From a virus, in IMG/VR virus record IMGVR_UViG_3300023106_000010, positions 22,911-86,910 of that record: DNA of 64,000 nt; one strand, given 5' to 3'. The notes under the pieces are model-generated. The model was not told where the DNA came from. It was given only the letters and a program-made list of their open reading frames with translations, and searched no databases. The position numbers and the translations under genes are program-made. Numbering within the stretch: position 1 is the first letter of the stretch; every line of letters starts with the position of its first letter. Positions 27,557 through 37,324 of this stretch are shown here, piece by piece.

Positions 27557-27771
27557 TACATTTCCAACTGTCGTAGTTTTTCTCTGTATTCTTTGTCAGA
27601 ATACTCATCAGCAGCCCACTTTTCATATAGGTGTTTTAGCTGCCATTCATAGTCGTCTCTTGTCATTGTTCAGTTTCCTCTTGTTGTGTTCGCCTTGCGG
27701 CTGTGAGAAAGGCTTTTGGAATTCGCTGCCATTTATCGCCGTTGTGTACGTAATCACTCTCAGAGCTTTGC

Positions 27772-27984
27772 TTACAGCAAAATTGCTTTGTGTTTGTAGC
27801 CATTTTCTTCTGCGTCCTCTTCATCGTTTGCATAACCCTCACTTGGATCATCTCCGAAATAAATTATCGAAGGTGATTGTACTTTCTCTGGAGATTGTCC
27901 GTGGTCGCAGTAACCGTAGACGGACAGTTCCAGTTCTGCTTTGGATAGCAGCTTCAGTTGTGCTAGTAGTTCTTTTGCTTTCAT
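27772..27984 (-). CDS. Hypothetical protein
   Basis: ATGA-coupled to the upstream HNH gene. Confidence 0.6.
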   Translation of the reverse strand: MKAKELLAQLKLLSKAELELSVYGYCDHGQSPEKVQSPSIIYFGDDPSEGYANDEEDAEENGYKHKAILL

Positions 27985-28751
27985 GTTCCGTGCCTTTCAG
28001 TGTATCCCGCTCCAAGAGCGTTAAGTTCTTCAATCATTTTCTTACGGTGTTCACAAGCCATTTCAAACGCTATTGCATCACCTAATTTAGCAACAGGGAA
28101 GCATTTACATGATTCTGTATTATCGATGTTTCTCCAAACCGCAACATAATAATAGTAAGGATCACCTTTTCTATCTGTATTGGTTTGATACTTTACACCA
28201 GACACTCCTGTTGAATTGTTAATATTCTTCTTTGCGTTTCTGGCATTAATTACTCTTGGTACAAGTCTAAGATTCTCAATTTTATTGTTTGTTCCATCTC
28301 CATCGATATGGTCAATAAACAAATCAGAATCAATTTCTCCATGAAATAAAACCCACACCACACGGTGAGCACTGCTCTTTAAACCATCAATATTAATCTT
28401 CCAATATCCTCCGTGACAACTTCCAACCACATCTCCGGGATAACATTGCACCTTTAAATTATCCTTACCAGAGTATCGAAACACTTTCCATCTCAGACCA
28501 CTAGGACTTGTTTCGTCATACTCTACAATTTCTGACAAATGATTATACTTAACATTCTCCCTACGGATATTCACTTCTGGGTTAACGAACTGACCCTTTC
28601 TTAGTTTTCCACCCGTAGTCTGTACTTCTGTTGAAAAGTTATCAAAAACTATAGTGATATCGGAATACAGATTGTATTTTGTTACAGTACACCAACCACA
28701 ATTATTTGACAGAAATCTATCACCTACTTTAATATTTGGTTTCATGCTCAT
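27981..28751 (-). CDS. HNH homing endonuclease
   Basis: YDETSPSGLRWK, AHRVVW, IDHIDGDGTNNKIENLR, GAGYTERHG; paralog of 13420..13998. Confidence 0.9.
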   Translation of the reverse strand: MSMKPNIKVGDRFLSNNCGWCTVTKYNLYSDITIVFDNFSTEVQTTGGKLRKGQFVNPEVNIRRENVKYNHLSEIVEYDETSPSGLRWKVFRYSGKDNLKVQCYPGDVVGSCHGGYWKINIDGLKSSAHRVVWVLFHGEIDSDLFIDHIDGDGTNNKIENLRLVPRVINARNAKKNINNSTGVSGVKYQTNTDRKGDPYYYYVAVWRNIDNTESCKCFPVAKLGDAIAFEMACEHRKKMIEELNALGAGYTERHGT

Positions 28752-28936
28752 TCAAATGACTCCAATTTCTTCAGAAGTCGAATCTTGGCTGCACGTTTAC
28801 GAGCTTCAATAATCTTTTCTACAATTTCTGTGTGACCTTTGTTTTTATGATAGGTCAACATTTGACTTACAGACTGACTTGTGACAGTTAACACATGTTC
28901 AACAACTTCTTCTACACTTGCTTCTGAATATTTCAT
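28748..28936 (-). CDS. Small basic helical protein coupled to HNH gene (homolog of 51598..51813)
   Basis: MKYSEAS...SQSVS...YHKNKG...VEKI.EAR; ATGA overlap with the HNH gene. Confidence 0.75.
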   Translation of the reverse strand: MKYSEASVEEVVEHVLTVTSQSVSQMLTYHKNKGHTEIVEKIIEARKRAAKIRLLKKLESFE

Positions 28937-28961
28937 GGACAATATCTCTGGTTAAAGAAAC

Positions 28962-28990
28962 ATTATACCATGAACTATATGATTTGTCAA
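28962..28990 (-). promoter_or_regulatory. Consensus sigma70 promoter
   Basis: TTGACA-17-TATAAT, with TG upstream of -10. Confidence 0.9.
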
Positions 28991-28991
28991 G

Positions 28992-29007
28992 CTGTTTATT
29001 TATACAG
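28992..29007. promoter_or_regulatory. LexA (SOS) box
   Basis: CTGT-TTATTTAT-ACAG, 1 nt upstream of the -35; overlaps the DNA polymerase stop codon. Confidence 0.75.
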
Positions 29008-31072
29008 TAGTCAGAACTAACTTCTCAGCTTCGGCTACGTAGTAGTCATAATCAATGTCACCAACAAAGTCTTCAATGTTATTACAAGTCTTTACCATGT
29101 ATTCAATGTCGATGCCAAAGCGGCGTTCCTCACCACCTTCTTCAGTTGGAGGCATGATCTTCACAAGCTTTCCACCAGTCTTGCATGGATAGTAGCGGCA
29201 AATGTTCTGTTGAAGTGTCTCATTTTCTTCCGCATCAATAATCACCAAACGACTACTGCGCGGAACCTTCGTTCGCAACATGAAGTCAAACTTCTCTTTG
29301 TGAGCCATAATAAATTCACGCACATCCGTTCCAAACAGCATCTTCGCTTCTGCTGCCATTGGAATGACCAGTGAAGAGTGGTTCTTGTGCCAACCTAAAT
29401 CTTTGTACTCGTAAGCACCTTTGTTCTTCAGCTTACCATTTGTGTAGTGCGCAATATAATTATTCACGTCTCGGATATACATTGCTTTGTACTCAGCATA
29501 CTCCAAATCAAGCTTAACCTGTTTCTGCCAGTCTGCACAAATCTGATTGTATTGCTCACGAGAAGTACGTTTCATCTTCACAGTGATGCCATCGGTGTTG
29601 ACTTGAATAATCTGCAAACCTTCAATGTCCATCAATTTCTCGGCTAACAGGCACAATGAAAGCTGACCATTGATCGTGATCTTCATAGTGTATGCAGAGT
29701 CGTAGAACACACTAAACTGATTGTTGCTATCGCCGTACACACCGTTCAGAGCTAGCTTCAGCATTGCATTCTCAGCAGATGCCTTTGGATAGCTTTTACG
29801 CTGTTCATAAACGTCCTTGTAAATCTCACAGAACTTCTTGCTCAAGTGTTCTGGATAGACATTGTTGCTGATAGCAATGTTTGGATACATTGAGGAAACG
29901 TCAGCATCAATTACTTCGTGCTCATCATCCTCTCGTACAATGGTTGTGGACAAGCTACCATGAATCCCACCTACACCGAAGTCAAAGCGGAAACCATTAA
30001 TAACTACGTTCAGAGTTTCGGCAATCTTCCACTTGAAATAATATGAGTGCTGGAATTCGCCTTTCTTCTTTGCTTTCAGTTGAACCTTGTCAACCCAGCC
30101 ACATGGATGTTCTCGTTTGAATTCATCATACTGAGCACGAGTCGGTTCACCTGTCTTACACTTCTCTTTCTTGACAATCATCTCAGCGTATAGTGCAACG
30201 TCACCAAGTTTGTGTTCTTCGATATCTGTGAATACACCTTTGGTTTCTTTGATAACCTGCTTAGCCAACCATTGATGAACTGCGATAAACTCAGGGCGTT
30301 TGAAGTCGTAATAATCAAACAAACAATCTCGAATCTTGATATACGGACGAATAGTTTGAATCAATTTCTTCTGACGACCAACCATCTTGTGTGTTTTGAT
30401 ACCAGCTTCTTGTAATCGCATCGTGAAGAAGTCTTTGCCGATCTTCGTATCATTGTGATTCATGAAGTCTCGGTTATACTTCTCCGTCAGTTGAGTTCGG
30501 AAGTCCACCATCGGCTTGCTATGATGATAGAAGTTGTTTGTACAATAAACGTCATGTCCATTGTACTTCACAAGCACATCAATCTGTTCGTGTGACAACT
30601 CCATACCAACAGGAAAAGGCAAATCCTCAATGTTAGGTTCACGCATATTAAACTCAAGCATCTTTAGACTTGTCATCTTCGCTTTGTTGTCGAAGTGATG
30701 AATCTTGAACAGATCAACCTGCTTCACATATTCTTCTTCAGCAGGAACAGTGTGTGCAAACCCGCCCTCTTTGACAGACGCAATTTGTTCCATTGCCCAA
30801 CCATAAATCATTCGTGCGAGTTCTTCACCGTCTTTAGGAAGACGATTGCGATTCTCAATGATCTTGTGTAATACAGGGTAATCAAATCCTTTATTGTTGA
30901 ATCCTACCATTCGATCACCCTGCTTCTTGAGATAATCTACACAAGCAAGTACCCGATGGATTTCGTTCTTACGACCACTTACTTCAAAGGTGTTAGGAAA
31001 CTTTCCATCTGTACGAACAATACAGAAAGTAAAGCAGTTAGGGTAAGTCTCGCAGTCAAACGTCCAATCCAT
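29000..31072 (-). CDS. DNA polymerase, family B-type, with 3'-5' exonuclease
   Basis: Exo DCETY / GFNNKGFD / YNGHD; polymerase motifs DVSSMYP, KLALNGVYG, NTDG. Confidence 0.92.
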   Translation of the reverse strand: MDWTFDCETYPNCFTFCIVRTDGKFPNTFEVSGRKNEIHRVLACVDYLKKQGDRMVGFNNKGFDYPVLHKIIENRNRLPKDGEELARMIYGWAMEQIASVKEGGFAHTVPAEEEYVKQVDLFKIHHFDNKAKMTSLKMLEFNMREPNIEDLPFPVGMELSHEQIDVLVKYNGHDVYCTNNFYHHSKPMVDFRTQLTEKYNRDFMNHNDTKIGKDFFTMRLQEAGIKTHKMVGRQKKLIQTIRPYIKIRDCLFDYYDFKRPEFIAVHQWLAKQVIKETKGVFTDIEEHKLGDVALYAEMIVKKEKCKTGEPTRAQYDEFKREHPCGWVDKVQLKAKKKGEFQHSYYFKWKIAETLNVVINGFRFDFGVGGIHGSLSTTIVREDDEHEVIDADVSSMYPNIAISNNVYPEHLSKKFCEIYKDVYEQRKSYPKASAENAMLKLALNGVYGDSNNQFSVFYDSAYTMKITINGQLSLCLLAEKLMDIEGLQIIQVNTDGITVKMKRTSREQYNQICADWQKQVKLDLEYAEYKAMYIRDVNNYIAHYTNGKLKNKGAYEYKDLGWHKNHSSLVIPMAAEAKMLFGTDVREFIMAHKEKFDFMLRTKVPRSSRLVIIDAEENETLQQNICRYYPCKTGGKLVKIMPPTEEGGEERRFGIDIEYMVKTCNNIEDFVGDIDYDYYVAEAEKLVLTTV

Positions 31073-31643
31073 GTTTCAGACCTTCCACAACACGGATACA
31101 AACATCAAGGATTTCTTCATCATTCATTTCTCCGCGTAATAAATTCACTTGCCAAATAACAACTCGTGTATTCTCTTTAGTATATCCTTTTGAAGAGTCT
31201 CGTCTGTCGATACTTGGTGCAAAAGGATTCTTTTCATATTTTGGATGCTGTGACAAGTCAAATGGTAGATGTGTTATTTCACAGAACCCGGATTTGAGTT
31301 TATCTTCGATCCAATTAACAGTAAGATCAAATTCTTCGTATTTTACTGCTCTGCGTGTAGCACTTTTGTAAAGTGTTTTTGCTCTACCACTGATACTTTT
31401 GTAGAAATCAGCGCTTCTCTTTTGGGAAGCTTCTTTGACTTCAGGGTTTTCTTGTCGTTTCTTCTCTCGTTCTTGTCGTTTGTGTTTGTATTCAGGATTA
31501 TCAGAATATCTTTTTCTATTATACTCTAACACACACGCCTTACAAACCGAATTTCTTCGATGATTTCCATCTTCAGATTTTTCGACAACGTAGAAATCTT
31601 CTTCATTTTTCTCTGTATTACACTTGCTGCAAACTTTACTCAT
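31056..31643 (-). CDS. Cys-rich HNH/endonuclease VII-like homing endonuclease
   Basis: CSKC...CKAC N-terminus; CEIT..PF, PSIDR.D...GYTK.N.RVV...VN. Confidence 0.8.
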   Translation of the reverse strand: MSKVCSKCNTEKNEEDFYVVEKSEDGNHRRNSVCKACVLEYNRKRYSDNPEYKHKRQEREKKRQENPEVKEASQKRSADFYKSISGRAKTLYKSATRRAVKYEEFDLTVNWIEDKLKSGFCEITHLPFDLSQHPKYEKNPFAPSIDRRDSSKGYTKENTRVVIWQVNLLRGEMNDEEILDVCIRVVEGLKHGLDV

Positions 31644-31672
31644 AACACACCTTCTATGACGTTGAAAGCAGT

Positions 31673-31700
31673 ATTATATCATAAAGTTGCAGCCTGTCAA
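31673..31700 (-). promoter_or_regulatory. Sigma70 promoter for nuclease/DNA polymerase
   Basis: TTGACA-16-TATAAT. Confidence 0.8.
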
Positions 31701-31702
31701 GA

Positions 31703-31718
31703 CTGTACGGATATACAG
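31703..31718. promoter_or_regulatory. LexA (SOS) box
   Basis: CTGT-ACGGATAT-ACAG flanked by TA, 2 nt upstream of the -35. Confidence 0.75.
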
Positions 31719-31720
31719 TA

Positions 31721-33340
31721 TTAATCCGAACTACTCTCAAACAGAATTACTTCCCACGTATCTTCGTCAACACAAAACTCGTCACAATTACCAAGATTAC
31801 TCCAAGGTCGATTCTTCAGAACTGTCAGACGGACAAGTCCTCGTTCTCGATTTGGCAAAATCTGTGGTTCAAGTCCAAGAATGATAAATGACAATTGTTC
31901 TAGTGCAGCGGAACCGCGTAGAAGCTCTTTATTTACTTTTACCCAGAATGCTTCATCTTCTTTACCTTTTGGAGCTTTAAAGATGTCATCCGAACGTTTG
32001 ATGTGTGACACAGCAATAATACAGACATCGTTAGCTGCACAGAATGCTGCCAGTTCTGTCATTACCATGTCAAGCTCTTTACGCTCGTTTGCAATGTCTG
32101 ACCCGCTGATGACGACAGAAAGATGGTCCAATATGATGTAACCACACTTCTCAACCAAGTGCATTGTCTTGATCTTGGACATCAGTTCTGTGATTGGCAG
32201 ACTACCAAAGTGGTCAAGCATCACCAAACTATCGTTGTCCACAATCTTGTCATAGGCTTCTTTGATTCGCTCACGAGTTGCACAAGACAACGGATCATTC
32301 TTGAACTTATTATAGTTCACTTTCAGTTCACCCGCAACCATTCGTTGCAAGGTTTCTACCTTATTTTCCTCAAGGTAAATCATACCAACTTTTTCACCAG
32401 CTTTCAAGAAGCCGGATGCAAAGATGGATGTCACAGTCGATTTGCCCACACCAGATGGGCTTGTCACAAGAACAAGCTCTCCCTTGCGGAAACCATGAAT
32501 CTTCTTCATGAGCTTAGGGAATTCATTGATGTACAAACCTTCTTCACGAGGTGCAATCAATTCTTCAAAACTAATATCAGAAGCCTTGATAATCTTCTCA
32601 GCACTATAAGGACGCTTGTTGAATTGCACCAACTTTGCCAGATCGTCAGACTTACCAGCTTGAAGCATGTCCGAAGCATCTTTAAACTCATCAGGAGCCG
32701 TCACAACGAACAGACTCAGTGGTGTACCAATCAGTGCACCAGCGACTGCTTCACGAGCTTCATGGCCCTTCATAATCCCTTTTTGACGTTCCGCTGGAGT
32801 GCAGTAATCGTCATCGAAGAAGATGCAGAGGGAATCAAAGTTCTGGATAAAGGATTCATTGTGTAGAGTTGCCTCTACAGCATTAGCAGTTCCAAGTGGA
32901 ATACTAACAACAAAAGGTTCCATGCCATCAAACTTGGTCCCTTTAACTTGGTCTTTCATAGACTGAAATACGCTCAGACAGTCAAGCTGACCCTCTGTGT
33001 AGACAAGCGCATTCTTTTTTCGTTGAATCGATTCAGCAACATCCTGTCCAAATAGGCGGTTGCTGATATTAACAGAACCAACACTCGTCCAATGATACTT
33101 CTCAGACTTGTCTCTCGTCAAGTCCATTTTGGAGAACCCGACTACTTTTCCTTTTTGATTATACGAAGGGAAATAGAGTGCTTCCAGATTACCGTTGTTC
33201 ACATAACCACGTACGCCAAATCGTTCACAGGTTTCTTTTCGGATATTACGCTGTGGAATATCAACGAACGGATATTTACCAATATCTTTTAGAGTTTCTT
33301 TTGGTACAAACTCGCTACCGCTTTCATTATCATCACTCAT
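31721..33340 (-). CDS. TOPRIM primase / DnaB-like helicase fusion (T7 gp4-like)
   Basis: LFGQ, TEGQLD, FDDD, KDASD; Walker A SPSGVGKST; Walker B IILDHL; LRGS; VLKNR; SD AAGGAG before ATG 33340. Confidence 0.95.
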   Translation of the reverse strand: MSDDNESGSEFVPKETLKDIGKYPFVDIPQRNIRKETCERFGVRGYVNNGNLEALYFPSYNQKGKVVGFSKMDLTRDKSEKYHWTSVGSVNISNRLFGQDVAESIQRKKNALVYTEGQLDCLSVFQSMKDQVKGTKFDGMEPFVVSIPLGTANAVEATLHNESFIQNFDSLCIFFDDDYCTPAERQKGIMKGHEAREAVAGALIGTPLSLFVVTAPDEFKDASDMLQAGKSDDLAKLVQFNKRPYSAEKIIKASDISFEELIAPREEGLYINEFPKLMKKIHGFRKGELVLVTSPSGVGKSTVTSIFASGFLKAGEKVGMIYLEENKVETLQRMVAGELKVNYNKFKNDPLSCATRERIKEAYDKIVDNDSLVMLDHFGSLPITELMSKIKTMHLVEKCGYIILDHLSVVISGSDIANERKELDMVMTELAAFCAANDVCIIAVSHIKRSDDIFKAPKGKEDEAFWVKVNKELLRGSAALEQLSFIILGLEPQILPNRERGLVRLTVLKNRPWSNLGNCDEFCVDEDTWEVILFESSSD

Positions 33341-33364
33341 TCTGCTCCTTTTTTCGTAGCCCAA

Positions 33365-33601
33365 TTAACCCTCCGCATCCATCCCAAAATTCAACTCCCA
33401 ACTACCTGTCTCATCCTGAAGATACATATCCTCATTACAAAACTTGTCATTCGGATTATAAGGATTATCCCAAACAATGAGATTCTCATTCCCAGCATCA
33501 AGCATCACACCATGCTCCTCGCACAATGCTTCCAAGGCAGCTTTGAAGTTGTCGAATTTAGTTGTCATTCTCTCACCAAGTTTGTTGAGGCATTCAAGCA
33601 T
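33365..33601 (-). CDS. Hypothetical protein
   Basis: ORF in operon context; true start probably at MTTKF. Confidence 0.55.
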   Translation of the reverse strand: MLECLNKLGERMTTKFDNFKAALEALCEEHGVMLDAGNENLIVWDNPYNPNDKFCNEDMYLQDETGSWELNFGMDAEG

Positions 33602-33740
33602 GCTGCCAACTCATAAAACTGCTGAGCAACATCTTCCATGGTAGTGTGCTTATCCACGTAAGCTAATTCTGACTTAACGCCTTGTCGCGACACGTAGAAC
33701 ACCTCAACACTCTGGTCATCATATTTGATAATAATTTCAC

Positions 33741-35102
33741 TCATTTCAATCCCTTCGCAGCAGCAAGAATGCGTTCACAGTCTTCCAAGCTGTCAGCAAC
33801 ATTTTTATCATGTCGTTCTTCAAGCCACACTGGCAAGAACAAGCTCTTAGTATCCCGATCCCGCTTGCTGATGATGTCGTTAGCCTTCACTGTCACAATC
33901 TGACCAATCATAACATCACGATTCATCCAGAAGTATTGACGAATAATATCTGTGAAGCCTGTACCTACATCCGTCACCAGTTTACCACAACTACTCTTCA
34001 ATTGCAATGCACCCATCATACCAGAAGCCTTACCAGTGCCTTCTGCAACACCTGTGATTTCCAAGTCAATCTCAAACTCAATCTTTAGTTTCACACAATC
34101 CTTACTCGTGCCGTCTTTCCAAATGAAGTCAGGAGTTTTGAGCACAGCACCTTCCAATCCTGCCGCAGTGAATTTAGAATAAATCTCGTAAGCTTCTACC
34201 AGAGTTGCAACTTTCTCCGTATGCACCTTCTCGACATTAACCACTTTGTTGCTAATCACCAAGTTGCTGAGACTCGCTAAACGATAGCTGTAATCCATAT
34301 TACTCTTACCAGCCTTAAACTCTTCAACTTTCAAGTAGTCCCAAGCAAACATCTTGAAGATGAAATTGTCATCAACGTCACCACCCTTGAGAATACTGTT
34401 AAGCATTCCATTGCCGGTTTGACGGTCTAGAACATCTTGCTTGCCATCGTATTGAGGATTCGTGAATACCAACAACTCACCAATCAACACAGCACCATCA
34501 GGAACACCCTCAGCAAGCTTCTCAGCGAACTCTTTAGGATACTTGCTACCTGCACGAGTGATCGCCTCTGGAGCCTTGCCAGCCTCTTTGACAAGATACA
34601 GGAAGCTCCCATCACATTTCTCTTGCACATACATCAGAGGAAGCTTGGAAAACTTCTCTTTAGCTTTTGCATCAAGCAGGGAGCAACGTTGATAAGGCAC
34701 TGAGAAATATAAATCAGGCCAAGTTTTCAGCACCATCGTGTCACCTACCGAAGCGCCTATGGATCGGTCAATCATAAGCTTGGTAAGTTCTTGACCTTCA
34801 CCATTCAAACTGTGGTGAATCATACTCAGAGTAGCAATCGCCTTGTTGCCTGTATCTTTTCGTTCAGCCAAGTAACCAATCATCTGGTCAATTGTTTCCT
34901 GACCAAATTCCTTGCTAGGAGAGACAGCGAGAGTTTTCGCGGGAACAATCTTCTTCTGATAATAATTAATACCCGGATCATACGTTACCCGCATAAATTC
35001 CTTGAACAACTCGTTGTCCTTGTGCTGCATTAGAATGGCTTGCTTGTTCAGATTACCCTGAGCTTCTTGAAGGCTCTTTACAATATCATACAGTTTCATC
35101 AA
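33741..35102 (-). CDS. ATP-dependent DNA ligase
   Basis: Motif I QEKCDG, LIGEL, AWD, EGAVLK, KLK, VGTGF, SLFLP. Confidence 0.93.
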   Translation of the reverse strand: MMKLYDIVKSLQEAQGNLNKQAILMQHKDNELFKEFMRVTYDPGINYYQKKIVPAKTLAVSPSKEFGQETIDQMIGYLAERKDTGNKAIATLSMIHHSLNGEGQELTKLMIDRSIGASVGDTMVLKTWPDLYFSVPYQRCSLLDAKAKEKFSKLPLMYVQEKCDGSFLYLVKEAGKAPEAITRAGSKYPKEFAEKLAEGVPDGAVLIGELLVFTNPQYDGKQDVLDRQTGNGMLNSILKGGDVDDNFIFKMFAWDYLKVEEFKAGKSNMDYSYRLASLSNLVISNKVVNVEKVHTEKVATLVEAYEIYSKFTAAGLEGAVLKTPDFIWKDGTSKDCVKLKIEFEIDLEITGVAEGTGKASGMMGALQLKSSCGKLVTDVGTGFTDIIRQYFWMNRDVMIGQIVTVKANDIISKRDRDTKSLFLPVWLEERHDKNVADSLEDCERILAAAKGLK

Positions 35103-35716
35103 ATCTCCTTATGTGCTGGATCATTCCGTTCAACACCACGTTCAACCAAATCCCAATCGTAGTCTATCAGATAATTGTGAGCATTGCCAACTCTATTGTA
35201 CTTATTCTTGGAAACAGAAATCTTCACAAATGTCCTGAAGCCCTCAGTTGTTGGATTAGCTACACGATGCACAATGGTGTTGTCAAGCTTTAACAAACTG
35301 TTCGCAGGATATATCCTGATGTTCTCAACCTTAGCTTGCTCAGTCATCTGCTCCATAGAAACACTGTGATCTTCACTTAGTTCAAACTCTTGCACACAGA
35401 ACTCTGTTGGGTAGCTGTCACTCCACAAGAAATTAATATCGTCCGTGCCAAAGCCATCTATGTGCCATCCGGGACGATTCCAGCTACAATTTGGCCCTGT
35501 GAACAAGTGCTTGGCTGTCAAGTAGATGTAGTGGTCACAGTAGTGTAAAGCGCTTGGTAACGCCTTCGCAATGATAGGCCAGAAACATTTCAGATTGTCT
35601 GGTATCATCCAAGGTCCGTCAGGCAAAGCAATCAGCATGTCCTGAACGAACATCATCTCAGATGGCTTGACAATCACTTGTGCTATTTGTTCAGGTTCTT
35701 TGCTGAATACTTTCAT
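35099..35716 (-). CDS. 2OG-Fe(II) oxygenase-like (double-stranded beta-helix) protein
   Basis: RPGWHIDG (HxD), later VHR, then RTFVKIS (Arg for 2OG binding). Confidence 0.6.
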   Translation of the reverse strand: MKVFSKEPEQIAQVIVKPSEMMFVQDMLIALPDGPWMIPDNLKCFWPIIAKALPSALHYCDHYIYLTAKHLFTGPNCSWNRPGWHIDGFGTDDINFLWSDSYPTEFCVQEFELSEDHSVSMEQMTEQAKVENIRIYPANSLLKLDNTIVHRVANPTTEGFRTFVKISVSKNKYNRVGNAHNYLIDYDWDLVERGVERNDPAHKEI

Positions 35717-35819
35717 GTTACTATTTCTCCATCAACAGCAACAAGAACCCAATCAGAAAGATATACCACGGAGCTTCGTATGCGCAACACACAATAAATG
35801 CAAATAGTGCTACCATGAT

Positions 35820-36029
35820 TTAACTCCCATAATTACAAGCATCATTGAACCGAACAAACTCTACAGTTGCTGCAATATTATCCGCAGTGAGTGATAGTCG
35901 TGCAAGCTCCCTAGCCATCTCATCAGGAGTGCAGTTATCCACTCCCTTCAGAACAAGCTTCAGCTTCTTGGTGAAATAGTCTGTGTCTAGGCCATAGGAG
36001 TTACGCATAACAACCCTCCTCGGCATCAT
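35820..36029 (-). CDS. Hypothetical protein
   Basis: ORF in operon context. Confidence 0.5.
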   Translation of the reverse strand: MMPRRVVMRNSYGLDTDYFTKKLKLVLKGVDNCTPDEMARELARLSLTADNIAATVEFVRFNDACNYGS

Positions 36030-36315
36030 GTGCCTCGGTCAATCGAACGAAATCCTCATGTTGATATGCAAAGGTTAGCTCGTCAAGTAGCTCTCGCTGA
36101 TTACGTTCCAAGAGGTGCAGCTTGCGCAACTCCTTCTCAGCACTCTTAGTGTACCGCAAGTATGCCTCGTCATCGCTCTTGCCACACTGACGGAAATCCT
36201 TCAGAATGTCTCGATATGATTGATACGAAATATTATGCAAATCGATCTGTTGGCTATTGATTGCGATGATCGATTGTAGGATGCTAGACGAGAGGCTCAT
36301 ACATTTCCTTTGCAC
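36001..36315 (-). CDS. Hypothetical coiled-coil protein
   Basis: Operon context; weak similarity to 36297..36527. Confidence 0.6.
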   Translation of the reverse strand: MQRKCMSLSSSILQSIIAINSQQIDLHNISYQSYRDILKDFRQCGKSDDEAYLRYTKSAEKELRKLHLLERNQRELLDELTFAYQHEDFVRLTEAHDAEEGCYA

Positions 36316-36527
36316 AATTGCTTCAGTGCTTGTTGGATTTTGACATAACCTTTCAACTCCGCACGATGTTGCTTCATAATTTCATGTACAGAATACTCTA
36401 GAGTCAGATAACCTTTTTCATCAGCTTCAGCTTTGCGTTGTCGCAAGTAGATAATTTCATCCTCAATGAATTTGATAATTTTCTTGTTCGTACTCAGTTG
36501 GCTCTGAATTGCTGCTAGATGTTTCAT
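36297..36527 (-). CDS. Coiled-coil protein, paralog of 37325..37621
   Basis: SD AAGGAG; shared NK..I...E..I.Y.RQ.K.E.D..G pattern. Confidence 0.75.
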   Translation of the reverse strand: MKHLAAIQSQLSTNKKIIKFIEDEIIYLRQRKAEADEKGYLTLEYSVHEIMKQHRAELKGYVKIQQALKQLCKGNV

Positions 36528-36740
36528 AATTTCTCCTTATTTAATAACAGCAATACGTGCTTGAATACACTTACCATTCATATAATCTTTGTTCGGAAGA
36601 TTGCCCAAAACTCGAATACATTCCTCACTTGTTGCAAACTTTTCAATAACTACAGGGTTGTTAGCATTATAACCACCTGCTGTAATCAGAAGCCATACCA
36701 GAATTGTGCTCATAATTTCTCCTTAGTTGTTCGTAACGTC

Positions 36741-36770
36741 ATTGTATAGCAGTTGTCAGGGTTGTGTCAA
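36741..36770 (-). promoter_or_regulatory. Sigma70-type promoter
   Basis: TTGACA-18-TACAAT. Confidence 0.7.
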
Positions 36771-36939
36771 GCTATTTAGGATGCACAAGATTGGCCCCTA
36801 CCCACACGACCCCTGCAATAATCCCTGTCAGAGCTAACGTAACTAACACTTGTCCTAGTTTTCCAAGATATATCTGCCAAGCACAGAAGCAGATTATTGG
36901 AGAAGACATTAATACGTACCCTATAAATTTCTTCATTAT

Positions 36940-37122
36940 TCATTTCTCCACGGTATGTAAGTATTCACCACAACCCTCGCAGTATTCTTTGTTCAATTCC
37001 TCAATATCATGCTCTTTGCCACAGAAAACACAAACGAAAACTGGAAATTCTATCGGTTTGAGTTTAGTACAAAGATAGTCTTCTTGGGAGTATTTGTCGT
37101 ACTTAGCTGAAACGTTGCTCAT
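36940..37122 (-). CDS. Small zinc-ribbon protein
   Basis: CVFC...CEGC; D.YS.EDYLC.K shared with 37886..38083. Confidence 0.65.
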   Translation of the reverse strand: MSNVSAKYDKYSQEDYLCTKLKPIEFPVFVCVFCGKEHDIEELNKEYCEGCGEYLHTVEK

Positions 37123-37294
37123 CTCGTTCTTTCATAGCTTCTTTTACAGAGTCAATAACAGCTTGTGTCACTTCCAACTTCAACTTCAGATGTTCGTTAG
37201 ACAGATTACCTTCTTCATCAACCATTTGCACCATGAGAGTGATTGTTGGTGTGTTGAATCGTGAGAGCCAAAGCTCAGGTTTATTTATGCTCAC
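37103..37294 (-). CDS. Hypothetical protein
   Basis: SD GGAG; operon context. Confidence 0.55.
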   Translation of the reverse strand: MSINKPELWLSRFNTPTITLMVQMVDEEGNLSNEHLKLKLEVTQAVIDSVKEAMKERDEQRFS

Positions 37295-37324
37295 GGATTC
37301 TCCAACAAAGCTTTCAGGCTAACA

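Noticed and set aside
13420-31643. Group I introns or inteins around the homing nucleases in nrdA, nrdB, polymerase or helicase
   Set aside because: These genes are uninterrupted and of normal length with no intein motifs; the nucleases lie between genes
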